64,000 bases of DNA from Bacillota bacterium (GTDB lineage Bacteria > Bacillota > DTU025), in the NCBI GenBank assembly GCA_050951805.1, contig JBMNJT010000002.1:1312001-1376000 (forward strand). The letters run 5' to 3'. A program made the position numbers and the translations under genes. Positions 30,273 through 40,104 of this stretch are shown in pieces. Below the pieces are notes generated by a model. It did not search any database, was not told the origin of the DNA, and saw nothing but the letters and a program-made list of their open reading frames with translations. How positions within the stretch are numbered: position 1 is the first letter of the stretch; each line of letters starts with the position of its first letter.

Positions 30273-32399
30273 CTAGAAGTCTACACTCAACTTGGCCCCC
30301 AATTTCCTGCCTGGCAAGGCGCAAGATACACCTATAGTGGTTCCGTCACACCAATCGATCTTCTTGGTCGCTTCTATGGTCAGGCTGTAATCGTCTGTCT
30401 TCAGCTTCTTCCAGTACTCCGCTTTCGCTGATAAGTCGTATGGGAAATCATTGGCTACGCTCAACTTGAAGCTGCTGGGCCCCAGAGGGGCATGGGCGAA
30501 TTCTGCTGCAAGACCCGCAGAACCTATCCTAGTGGAAAGCGACGCGACACCGCCAGCGCCCTTCCCTTTCCTGTATTCGTATGATCCCTTCAGGAAGGCC
30601 ACATGTTGAGCCGGCTCTAGAATCTCCAAGCCGGGCCTGACCGTCAAAGTCGCCGAATCCTTGGTTCCCGCGGCATCGGTGGAGTATGAAGTATCCAGTG
30701 TCAATTTTATCTTCTCTGCCGCCTGTGCCCAGGCCTTTCCATACACGGTTCTGTAGTCTGCGCCTACGTGCCCGTAGGATGCTACAACGCCGTCTTGTGC
30801 ACCCTTAAGGCCCAAAGTAACTCCATATCTGTCCGCCTGATAGCTTGCTTCCGCAAAATAAGCAAGCGCAGAATAGTCTACCTCACGCCCGCCCGCTCCG
30901 GCCACAAAGCGCACGTTGTCGCCGCCCTGTCCGAACCAATGGTCCTGGCTTCCATCGTTATAGTGGAAAACGTACTCGTATCTCCCGGGATCGAGCCTCA
31001 TGGTATGTTTCCAGTAGCCTGTAAGAGGGTCTCTCACGAGCTCATAGTCATTGCTCCAATCCCAGGATCCCCGGATGTATACTTGATGCTCGGCAGGCTC
31101 CACAAAGTAGAAATCCTGAAAGGACGGGCCGTCCCCGCCGACATGCCTTACCAGATTATCTCCGCCCGTCCCCTGTCCCATCCAGTGGCCCCAATTCGGA
31201 TCGTTGTCAGGGTCAGGGTACCAGAACTTGTACTCGTATTCCCCTTCGAGTAGTTCGATTGAGCCCCTCCAATTGCCATCAGCATCTTTGGCAAGGGGCA
31301 AGCCATCTTCCGTACTCCAGTTATTAAATGAACCGACTATGTAGATCACGTCAGCTCCTGACGATTCGCGTTCTGCCGGGTAGACGAACTCGACTTCCAC
31401 AGGGACTGTGCTATCTGATACTATCTTAGTGCCGTGGGTCTGGAGCAACTGACCGCGAACGGTCAAGGCTTCTGTGGGCTTTGCAACTGCGTAAGCTCCG
31501 ATGTTGGCCCTGTGGTCTTCCCCATCCTCCCTAGCACTCGTGGCCCATCTCTCATATGTAGCCACTCCTCCCAATGTGATTCTGTCCGTCAGGCCGGCTT
31601 CCATCTCCCCATAAACCAACGTCTTGTTGCCGGCAAGGGTTGCGGCGCCTATCCTTCCGTCAACAATCCCCTTAAAACAGAGAATCTCGGCTGCACGACG
31701 GTCCCATATCCTGTTGTCTGACCCTTCTGAAGCTATAAGGGTGAGAGGATCCTTGGTGTTTCCTGCATGCCCTCTGTAGAAAAGCTTGGCCGCAATCCCG
31801 TCGGAGAGGCGGAAAGTGGCCACAGACTGGTTCACTTCAAGACCGTCAATGGGGGGCATCAAATGCCAACCTGCGTCGCCTCCTAGGGAGAGGGACTTCC
31901 ATGCATGGAGCTCAGTATAGGTTTCAAGGCACGGGCGGAGTTCTCCGCTGAACTTGAGGTAAGCGTCGCCTGAGAGCGAAAAAGGCTCTCCTGCCTCCTT
32001 CGCCAGCTTCGACTCGAACCACCCGTCAAAAGCAATGGAAGATTCGGCCACGGGAACGACTCCGACGTAGACTACGGAGTTCTTGCCGCCGTATGGGTCC
32101 GCAACCTGCTCCACCGCATTGGGATCATGATGCCACGTCTTACCATCAACTACAAACTTGTACTCGTAACGTCCAGGCTGTAGATGGATTACGGCGGTCC
32201 AAATTCCATCTTCGTCGGGGCCTGTCATGAGATTTGCAGTAGGGTTCCAATCATTGAATGTGCCCGCCACCGCCACTGTGTTTGCTGCCATCGGAGGAGT
32301 GAATGAAAATGCAACAGGAATCCTCTCCGCCGCAAAAGCGGGAGACGCTAATGCCAAGACCACGATAATTGCAGACCAAAAGGATACTCTCTCTGACAC
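30273..32399 (-). CDS. Secreted protein with three CBM48-like (AMPK glycogen-binding) modules and a putative outer-membrane beta-barrel
   Basis: Signal peptide ending AFA-A; three GxF/WxxW...W...L.PG.YEY modules; amphipathic beta-strand regions; C-terminus GAKLSVDF. Confidence 0.8.
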   Translation of the reverse strand: MSERVSFWSAIIVVLALASPAFAAERIPVAFSFTPPMAANTVAVAGTFNDWNPTANLMTGPDEDGIWTAVIHLQPGRYEYKFVVDGKTWHHDPNAVEQVADPYGGKNSVVYVGVVPVAESSIAFDGWFESKLAKEAGEPFSLSGDAYLKFSGELRPCLETYTELHAWKSLSLGGDAGWHLMPPIDGLEVNQSVATFRLSDGIAAKLFYRGHAGNTKDPLTLIASEGSDNRIWDRRAAEILCFKGIVDGRIGAATLAGNKTLVYGEMEAGLTDRITLGGVATYERWATSAREDGEDHRANIGAYAVAKPTEALTVRGQLLQTHGTKIVSDSTVPVEVEFVYPAERESSGADVIYIVGSFNNWSTEDGLPLAKDADGNWRGSIELLEGEYEYKFWYPDPDNDPNWGHWMGQGTGGDNLVRHVGGDGPSFQDFYFVEPAEHQVYIRGSWDWSNDYELVRDPLTGYWKHTMRLDPGRYEYVFHYNDGSQDHWFGQGGDNVRFVAGAGGREVDYSALAYFAEASYQADRYGVTLGLKGAQDGVVASYGHVGADYRTVYGKAWAQAAEKIKLTLDTSYSTDAAGTKDSATLTVRPGLEILEPAQHVAFLKGSYEYRKGKGAGGVASLSTRIGSAGLAAEFAHAPLGPSSFKLSVANDFPYDLSAKAEYWKKLKTDDYSLTIEATKKIDWCDGTTIGVSCALPGRKLGAKLSVDF

Positions 32400-32463
32400 T
32401 GTGCAACCCGTCCTTTCGGTTGATATCAGAAATCTGTCGGCATTTGCCTTGAGCGCAAATACA

Positions 32464-32488
32464 TAGGGGGCCGCCACGCGGCCCCCTA
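32464..32488 (-). terminator. Intergenic hairpin between the GH57 and CBM48-barrel genes
   Basis: taggggg ccgc / gcggcccccta stem with little U-tract; may stabilise mRNA or terminate partially. Confidence 0.45.
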
Positions 32489-32491
32489 TAG

Positions 32492-35400
32492 CTAGTATTC
32501 CCAGTCAGGGTATATCATTGGTACCACTGCGAGCTTCTTGGCGGAAACATCATAGGCGGAAAGTATCTCCTCTTGAGTACGTCCTGTGGGAACAAGCATA
32601 TCGATAACGTTCGGGTCGTACACGCTGTTGTCGCCTCCACCGAAACGCCACTCTGCGGCCTGTTCCATCACCTCGCGGACACGCAGATTGCCCTCAGATG
32701 GATAACCTTCCTGCCCAAGCACGAACACTTGGTAGCCCCAACCGGGCTCTGGCTGGCCTATAATGGACTTAGGAACCGAAATCGAAACCAGATTGCCTAT
32801 GGTGTCAACGGTGGCAGTGACGCCACCAACATCGCCACCCTCGGGCATGAAGACCCTTTGGTTCCATCCTTCGACCCAGATCGCGTATTCCCACGCACAT
32901 TCCGGTTCAAACTCGACTCTTCTGCCACCCAACGCTTTAGTCGATCCCGAGCTTGCCTTGTTGTCTGTATCGATGTAGATATCGATAGTCTGCACGGAAA
33001 GCCCGATCCCGGAGTTCCAAGGATTTGTTATCTCTCCTGCAAGCTCAACGTTGAAGACGACCTCCTCACCGGAATCGATAACTTCAAACGAAACCATATC
33101 GAAGGCTCCCGGCGTGAACACGGGGTTGGTGGGATAGTTGTAGGTTCCGGGACCATGATCATCACCCCGCGGATCTTCGACCCTGAAGAGCCGACGCCCA
33201 ACGGTGACCACCGGGGCCTTGAACTCTGCCGGCCCCGATGTAGGGATCATGTCGATGTTTTGATCCTTACTAGATGCTACAACAACAATGTGAGCTACAT
33301 CGGCCGGTTTCATCCGCAAAACCTCAAATGGCACGGAGATCTCAAGGGCCTCCCCCACTCCGACTGTGTTAATACGACTCACTTCTGTCCAGGTATCGTC
33401 GCCTGCCGCCACCGACAGGAGCGCGGTCGCGCGGCCAGCTCTCTCGATACCTGCAAAGTCCACTAGTATCTCTGTTCCCGGAGCGAATCCCAATACCGTG
33501 GCATCGCGTCCTGATGCGCTCCCGCGGGGAATAGTGTTGACCTCGTGCCGCCTTGGATTGGTGAGATATGCAGCGATCTTGATGTCTTTGCCGTAGAGCT
33601 CATCAAATCCGTCTTGCGTTCTTATGCGGATATAGAGGTTCTCGTTATCCACTCCAACACGCAGAGACGAGAAGATATTCTCGCCTTCACCCCAACTGAA
33701 CACAGCAGCATCGTCTTTGGGATAAAACGACGACTTCTCCCATTCGCCCCAATCGATGAACCCGTCCATCACGGGTTCATGCATGAGTCCGGTAATCCGC
33801 TCTTCCGGGATTGCAGCACGCTTCGGGATTATGGGCATGTAAAGATAGTTTGGAACCTCAAGGCCGATGTAGGAGTAGATGTTTTGTAAGTGGATCCTGA
33901 AGAGCTCGTCGAAGGCTTCATCATTGCCCGAATCCTGATCATCACCGTACCACCAGAACCAGTCAGAGCCCTCAGCCGCGTAGAGCTCCTCCCATGCTCG
34001 TTCAAGGGCGGTCATCACCTCATCATCAGCCGAATCGGCGTGTTCTGCTGTGAAGCCGGCAAGAGCCGTCCGGGCCTTCGACAGATAATCCCATGCACGA
34101 TTCTCTTCCACCTCGCCTATCCATGTCTCAAGGTCGTCAGATATCCATGAGCCAGTATGCAACATGGGAATTCTCTCTGTTGCAGGATGCGCGGCAAGAT
34201 ATTCCTCAACTGTGACTGCCTTGAAATCCGGATCATCATTCAAGGCTTCGTATAGCGTGTGCAGGAACTCCTTGCCGTCGTTTTCATAGTATTCCCAGCA
34301 ATTCTCGCCATCGAGGGCGATCGTGACTACATGCGGGCCGGGAGTTGAGGCAAGGCTCCTCTTTACGCTTCGCAGATAGTCCGTGAGATCGCGAGCAGCT
34401 GCGCGACCGCTCATCCCTGAATATGAGAATCCTATCTTGTCGGAAAGAACGATGTCTCTGAAGAGTATCGTGACTTCTTTGCCGTCTTGCTCGACGATGT
34501 AAGGTTTATAGAGGACATCAGGCCGGACGATCCTGCCTGCCCCGTCCCGCAAACCTATTCCTAGGGATTGCGCGAGCACGCCTTCACTCGAAACCATCCA
34601 CTGGAAACCCGCCTCGTGCACGATGCCGACTATGTCCTGCCCAACTGCCTGTTCCGACGGCCAGAGTCCGCGTGGAGCCACAGCAAAGTGATCTTTGTAG
34701 AAATCGACGGCCTTCGAAAGCTGCGCCTCGACATCTTCAGGGTAAGCGAACGGTTCACTCGGCAGCTCCAGCTTGGGGCTAGCGACCCGAGCAAGCTCGA
34801 CATCATAGATCAACGGCATTATCGGATGGTAGAATGGAGTGGTGGTAACCTCGATCTGTCCTGCGTTCTGCATCTCCCGATAAATCGGAATGACGTTGCG
34901 AATTATCTCGTTATGCTTGTCGAGAACAACTCGCTTATCCTCTTCGGTGAAGCCTCGGCCCTTTCTGACCAACGCCTCGATACTCGGATCTTCATCAATG
35001 AAGTCAGGGTCGAGCCAGGCCAAGTTGAACCAGACCTGCAGGTCGCGAAAGTCCTGTTCGTCGTAGGCCGCTATAGCCGCGGCAATGGATTCATCGGTCA
35101 CTCCCTGTCCCCGCTTGTTCAGGAGTTGCCAATATCGGGGGTACTTTTTGATGATGTTGTCCCAGTTGGCATCGAAAAACCTTCTCAGAATGAAGTCTTT
35201 GTCATCATCGGTCAATTCCGATGCAGGTTTGAGAGAAAGCAGGAGCTGCACGTCTTGAGCCCCGTCCGCGTACTCATCTAGTTGAAGGATGAGTGACGGC
35301 ACCAGGTTGAAGGTGACATGAACGTTGGGATAATCCTTTAGTATCGATGCCATGTCGTAGTAATCTTTTACTGCATGCATGCGCACCCAAGGCATCATAT

Positions 35401-35560
35401 ACATATCGGTTGCAGTGTTTTTGTAGAATGGCTGGTGGTTATGCCATATCAACGCAACGTAGAGGGGTTCGCCTGAGCCCACTGACGCTGGCGCCAGCCA
35501 TAAGGCCATTGCCACCAGCGTGCAGAGTGTGAGAACGCCATATAGTCTTCTCATCCCCAT
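32492..35560 (-). CDS. GH57 amylopullulanase with C-terminal glucodextranase DOMON-like domains
   Basis: WHNHQP, WPSEQ (nucleophile), LDGENCW (acid/base), AEGSDWFWW; DPRGDDHGPGTYNYP and NPWN in the DOMON domain; Sec signal. Confidence 0.93.
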   Translation of the reverse strand: MGMRRLYGVLTLCTLVAMALWLAPASVGSGEPLYVALIWHNHQPFYKNTATDMYMMPWVRMHAVKDYYDMASILKDYPNVHVTFNLVPSLILQLDEYADGAQDVQLLLSLKPASELTDDDKDFILRRFFDANWDNIIKKYPRYWQLLNKRGQGVTDESIAAAIAAYDEQDFRDLQVWFNLAWLDPDFIDEDPSIEALVRKGRGFTEEDKRVVLDKHNEIIRNVIPIYREMQNAGQIEVTTTPFYHPIMPLIYDVELARVASPKLELPSEPFAYPEDVEAQLSKAVDFYKDHFAVAPRGLWPSEQAVGQDIVGIVHEAGFQWMVSSEGVLAQSLGIGLRDGAGRIVRPDVLYKPYIVEQDGKEVTILFRDIVLSDKIGFSYSGMSGRAAARDLTDYLRSVKRSLASTPGPHVVTIALDGENCWEYYENDGKEFLHTLYEALNDDPDFKAVTVEEYLAAHPATERIPMLHTGSWISDDLETWIGEVEENRAWDYLSKARTALAGFTAEHADSADDEVMTALERAWEELYAAEGSDWFWWYGDDQDSGNDEAFDELFRIHLQNIYSYIGLEVPNYLYMPIIPKRAAIPEERITGLMHEPVMDGFIDWGEWEKSSFYPKDDAAVFSWGEGENIFSSLRVGVDNENLYIRIRTQDGFDELYGKDIKIAAYLTNPRRHEVNTIPRGSASGRDATVLGFAPGTEILVDFAGIERAGRATALLSVAAGDDTWTEVSRINTVGVGEALEISVPFEVLRMKPADVAHIVVVASSKDQNIDMIPTSGPAEFKAPVVTVGRRLFRVEDPRGDDHGPGTYNYPTNPVFTPGAFDMVSFEVIDSGEEVVFNVELAGEITNPWNSGIGLSVQTIDIYIDTDNKASSGSTKALGGRRVEFEPECAWEYAIWVEGWNQRVFMPEGGDVGGVTATVDTIGNLVSISVPKSIIGQPEPGWGYQVFVLGQEGYPSEGNLRVREVMEQAAEWRFGGGDNSVYDPNVIDMLVPTGRTQEEILSAYDVSAKKLAVVPMIYPDWEY

Positions 35561-36042
35561 CTCTCCTTTTAATACCGGATTCTGTGTACCGCCATTTCCG
35601 ACCTCCGCACTTGGCGCGAAAGCCCATATGTGCCACTACGTGCTAGGTTTCTATATCGATCTGGCAAATCCTTTGTCGGTACCGATGCTGTAACGTCCAA
35701 AGACGCGACGAAATGGGCAACCGCCTTTCGCAATCCGAGACGTAAGCCTTCACAGGAATTACAGCTTTGCCCTCAACTTCTCGGCAAACCGTTCCTTCAT
35801 GGCTTAGGAACTTAACTTTTTGCTGCAAAACGGTGGAACATTGCTACAGATGAATCCCCTGTTTGAGCAAGTATGCTGCCTCTTGGCAAAAGCTTACGGA
35901 AGCCTTGATGATAAGCGTACCATTTAGGAAGAGCATAAAGCCCTTGCCAAAGAGATTAGGGAGCTCCTGTACCGGCTCTGTGAAAACGTAACAGCCGTCA
36001 GAAACTCCCTGAAATGCGCATGATCACACGATGCGAATCTGA

Positions 36043-37044
36043 CTAGAAATGCAGTCGCTCCATCTTCCCCGCCCCAACTTCTCCTGAGCCTTGAGAGCAC
36101 GTGAAATCGATCAAAACCTTCAGGCTTCCCCGGGTGCATGCTCTTTCAAACGCTGCCTCCATCTGATGAGCCGGGTAGATCGCCTCGATCAACGGCTCAG
36201 TAACGATCGCCCCCGTCTCAAGCAACCTCAGCGCTGGCGGAAATGGTCCGCATCGCGAACCAACGCAAGTGACCTCGTTGCGGACTATCGGTGTAAGGTT
36301 CAGCGGGGCCCCCTGCTTGAAAGTGCTCTTAAGTACGATGGTCCCCTTGGGACGGACCATGGCCATAGCAGTTTCCATCCCAGATGGATTCCCCGTGCAA
36401 TCGACTACGACATCGACAGTATCGACGAAGTCGGCTACGAGTGATACATCCATCCCGAGATCCCTTGCAATCTGCAGTTTCTCCACGTGCTTTCCCAACA
36501 CAGTAACGCGGTTTCCGCAGGCATGTATGGCCTGGGCCGTGAGGAGGCCCAGCTTGCCATCACCGATCACCACAACTTCGTCGCTCGGCCTGATGTGAAC
36601 CTGCTCCATCACTTCAACCCCTGCAGCCAATGGCTCCACAAAAACCGCCTGATGGTCTGAGACCGAGTCCGGGACGACATGGAGGTTGCATTCGGGCAGC
36701 ACCACATAGTCAGCGAAGCAACCCGGCCAACCGTTTATGCCCATGGCTTTTACATGCTCGCAATGGCGCGGGTTGCCGCCACGGCATGTCGGGCACTCGC
36801 CGCAGCTCACATTTATCTCTCCCACCACACGCTTAGCAATGAGGTCGGGATCATCGGCATCCTCTACCACGCCCACGAACTCATGCCCCATGATCCCCGT
36901 GTAGGCAAAATAGCCACGCGTAACCTCTATGTCCGTGTTGCAGATTCCCGCAAGTGTCACGCGGACCAAGGCCTGCCCCGTAGTTATCTCTGGTATCGGC
37001 ATATCCACTTCTCTAAGTCCATCCTTGAAAACGAGCGCACGCAC
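36043..37044 (-). CDS. Zinc-dependent alcohol dehydrogenase (MDR family)
   Basis: GICNTD, GHEFVG, CGECPTC...C, GDGKLG. Confidence 0.93.
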   Translation of the reverse strand: MRALVFKDGLREVDMPIPEITTGQALVRVTLAGICNTDIEVTRGYFAYTGIMGHEFVGVVEDADDPDLIAKRVVGEINVSCGECPTCRGGNPRHCEHVKAMGINGWPGCFADYVVLPECNLHVVPDSVSDHQAVFVEPLAAGVEVMEQVHIRPSDEVVVIGDGKLGLLTAQAIHACGNRVTVLGKHVEKLQIARDLGMDVSLVADFVDTVDVVVDCTGNPSGMETAMAMVRPKGTIVLKSTFKQGAPLNLTPIVRNEVTCVGSRCGPFPPALRLLETGAIVTEPLIEAIYPAHQMEAAFERACTRGSLKVLIDFTCSQGSGEVGAGKMERLHF

Positions 37045-38272
37045 AGAAGGTCCTCCTTCCTCCGTATCAACTACAATTCATTCTATCACCCGATTCAAGC
37101 AGGTTGCATCGCCCTATCCCCGTAAGCTACCCAGGAGCTCTGTCAACAATCTACCCCCACTTTATCTTCGATCACTGCTACTTTGTTCTGCCCATACTCT
37201 CGTTCCCGCGCCTTTGCCGCTAATGCTGCTCAAACATGCCCTCACCGCACCCTCATGTTCTTTGCGGATAGTGCCCCGAAGCGCCGATCCGAACAGACGC
37301 TTTCGCGGATTGAATAGGACACCGTCGATAAATGCGGTCAGCCTTCAGCGCTTGCTCAAGCACTCTATTTCGATGGACCATCATGCCCAGTCCGGCCTGT
37401 ATGCGCGTCTGAAACAGCTTCACACCGCCCGGTATGCCCATTCGGCAAAAGCCCAGACAGATCGTAGAGCATGAGCGCATTTTCTTAGTTTGAGAAGCAT
37501 TAATCGTCCAGCAGCGTGAGCTTGTGCTGTATAATGGAACCGCAGTCTCATCGTCTCTGTCGTCTTGCCACAAGTCCAATAGGTTTCTTCTCATAGCAAG
37601 GTTATGTTATCATTGCTCCTCATTATGGAAATAGAGGTACAGGAGCCGTCTCCAGCACGAAGGGCGCACATCTCAAACGGACATACTCCATCAACCTTTT
37701 CTCACTTTCCGAGCAAAACCTGCCTCGGGCCGCGGATTCCATGCGGCATCGGGGGGCCGCAACTGTTGAAGAGCATATGGCTGAGTAATATAGGCAGCCG
37801 TGTTCACCATACCGTTGCAGCACTCCTCGCCTTCCTTCTCGACTAGCTGATCACATAGTTTGAAAGGGGTGGACTCTCCAGCTGGATCGGTTCCATGTGG
37901 ATTTTCTCGAAGCATGGCCTCTCCTTGACTCTGGGCGAGGTGATGGTAATACGATTCTTCACAGGCGCCCCGGGAGTGGACAACAAGGTCATACCTGCAA
38001 GGCTCGTGTCCAACCTTGTGGTCATTTCGAAGGTCGCGCACTTAAGCACAACATGGTGTAGAATCTAAGAGGCAGGCCTGGCCGCCAATAAAGCCCTGCC
38101 TGTCTACTGCTGTGTTACAAATGGCTTGCAACCGCACAGCACGGTTCGGAAGCAGAGCGGCGTAATCGTTTGGTAAATTCGTGTTCTTCCGCCGCAACTT
38201 CCAATCCATACAGACGTTCCCTGTTGAAGTGACAAGGCTTGTAAACGATCGAAAACGGAGGCCACAAAGTGA

Positions 38273-39037
38273 ATGGATTCAATGACTTGCGTACCTGCAA
38301 TTGAGCTCAACCGCGTAAGCATGACAAAGCCCGTCCTCTTGGGCAACTCGTTGACCGAGCTTGACATCATACGTGATGTCTCGTTCTCTGTGCCCGAGGG
38401 AGAAATCCTGGCCCTCATAGGCCCCTCAGGGTCGGGGAAATCGACCCTGATGCGAATGATCAACAGAATGGAAGACCCTACTTCCGGCCAGATCTTACTT
38501 TTTGGGTCCGACATATCAGGATTAGATGTGAGGGAGCTCAGACGTCGAGTTGGAATGGTGTCGCAAACCCCTGCCTTGCTGCCTGGGAAGGTGTCCGACA
38601 ACATAGTGTATGGCCCCAGTCTCAGAGGCGAACCGTGCAACCCCGAAGAATACTTGGAGCTTGTAGGCCTGGAGCCAGAACTCGTGTCAAGGCCTGCTTC
38701 GTCTCTGTCTGTAGGACAACAGCAACGGATGTGTATCGCGCGGGCTCTGGCCAATCGTCCCAATATCCTGCTCCTTGATGAGCCTACATCAGCGCTGGAC
38801 CGCACTGCAGCGCGGAACATAATAGAACTCATCTGCAACCTCAACCGTCAACTGGGGCTCACAGTCATCATCGTAACCCACGTGATGGAGCACGCCCAGG
38901 CCGTAGCGACGCGCGTGGCGATGCTTGTTGGCGGTGTCCTGATAGAAGAAGGCGCAGCCGCGGATTTTTTCGAAGGCCCCAAAACTCAAATTGGCCACAG
39001 ATTTCTCAAAGGAGAGCTGACAGAGGATGGACGCTAA
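38273..39037 (+). CDS. fetA: ABC transporter ATP-binding protein (FetA/YbbL-like)
   Basis: GPSGSGKS, LSVGQQQR, LLLDEPTS, TH; coupled to fetB. Confidence 0.82.
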   Translation: MDSMTCVPAIELNRVSMTKPVLLGNSLTELDIIRDVSFSVPEGEILALIGPSGSGKSTLMRMINRMEDPTSGQILLFGSDISGLDVRELRRRVGMVSQTPALLPGKVSDNIVYGPSLRGEPCNPEEYLELVGLEPELVSRPASSLSVGQQQRMCIARALANRPNILLLDEPTSALDRTAARNIIELICNLNRQLGLTVIIVTHVMEHAQAVATRVAMLVGGVLIEEGAAADFFEGPKTQIGHRFLKGELTEDGR

Positions 39038-39863
39038 CTCGTATATTCACATTTCCAACATGGATCTACTCATTGCACTTCTCTTCATCGCTATCTCCGG
39101 AGCAATTTCCCACTGGCAGAAGCTGGAGCTTGAACGCGACATGGCTGTAGGAACCATCAGAGCCTTCGCGCAATTACTTGCTGTCGGGTTCGTACTGCAG
39201 CAACTCTTTGACGCAGCCCGTTGGTATTGGGTTGTGCTTGCCCTTGCCATTATGACTACAGTGGCAGCACACAACGGAGTAAGGCGTCAGACCGGCGCCA
39301 AGCAAGGATTGTTCACAGTGATGATGGCCGCCATCGCAACAGGAGCATCAATTACCTTGATTCTCGTAATAGGCGTAGTCCTTCGGGTGCGCCCTTGGTA
39401 CATGCCGCAATACGTGATACCTATAGCTGGAATGATACTAGGTAATTGCATGAACGGAGCAGCCCTAGTTGTAAATAGACTCCACTCGGAGCTTACCCTC
39501 AGGCGAAACCAAGTCGAGGCCGCACTGGCGCTGGGCGCTCCCGCCAAAAAAGCGGCATCTGAGGCAATGCGGGAATCGTTGCGGGCGGCAATGATGCCGA
39601 CAATAAACTCCATGATGACTGTCGGCTTGGTGCATCTTCCAGGAATGATGACAGGACAGATGATTTCGGGCACAAGCCCGCTAGACGCAGTCCGATACCA
39701 GATCGTGGTGATGCTCATGATAGCCGCGGCAACAGCTGTAACAGCTATGACTGCGGCGTTCGGCGCCCTCGGCGTTTTCTTCACGCCTTTCCATCAGCTA
39801 TCGCCAAGGCTCGAACTAGGCGAGGCATGGGACGCCTATACACATGACAAGTCCAAACACTGA
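39027..39863 (+). CDS. fetB: Iron export ABC permease (FetB/YbbM, UPF0014)
   Basis: RAFAQLLAVG, PQYVIPIAGMILGN, GLVHLPGMMTGQMISG, AVRYQI. Confidence 0.92.
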   Translation: MDANSYIHISNMDLLIALLFIAISGAISHWQKLELERDMAVGTIRAFAQLLAVGFVLQQLFDAARWYWVVLALAIMTTVAAHNGVRRQTGAKQGLFTVMMAAIATGASITLILVIGVVLRVRPWYMPQYVIPIAGMILGNCMNGAALVVNRLHSELTLRRNQVEAALALGAPAKKAASEAMRESLRAAMMPTINSMMTVGLVHLPGMMTGQMISGTSPLDAVRYQIVVMLMIAAATAVTAMTAAFGALGVFFTPFHQLSPRLELGEAWDAYTHDKSKH

Positions 39864-40000
39864 CACAGCCATGGCTGAAGTTAAACATCCCTCTCAACAG
39901 TGCGCACGAAGAACCTCACGGCAAGCCTAAGTCCCTGCGTTTAGAAGACGCTGATCTCGTAGTTCCCACACTTCGTTTCCTTGCAGCCTCAATGGCTGCA

Positions 40001-40064
40001 TGCTCTTTCCAGAGCCCTACGAGGCCTCGAAGACTATCTACCCCGCCGGGCTCTGGAAAAAGCA
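40001..40064. terminator. Bidirectional terminator between fetB and the WD40 gene
   Basis: tgctctttccagagccc / gggctctggaaaaagca inverted repeat between convergent genes. Confidence 0.6.
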
Positions 40065-40104
40065 CAGGGCCCAGAGCGAATCCCTATTAATATGGTAAGG
40101 CCAA

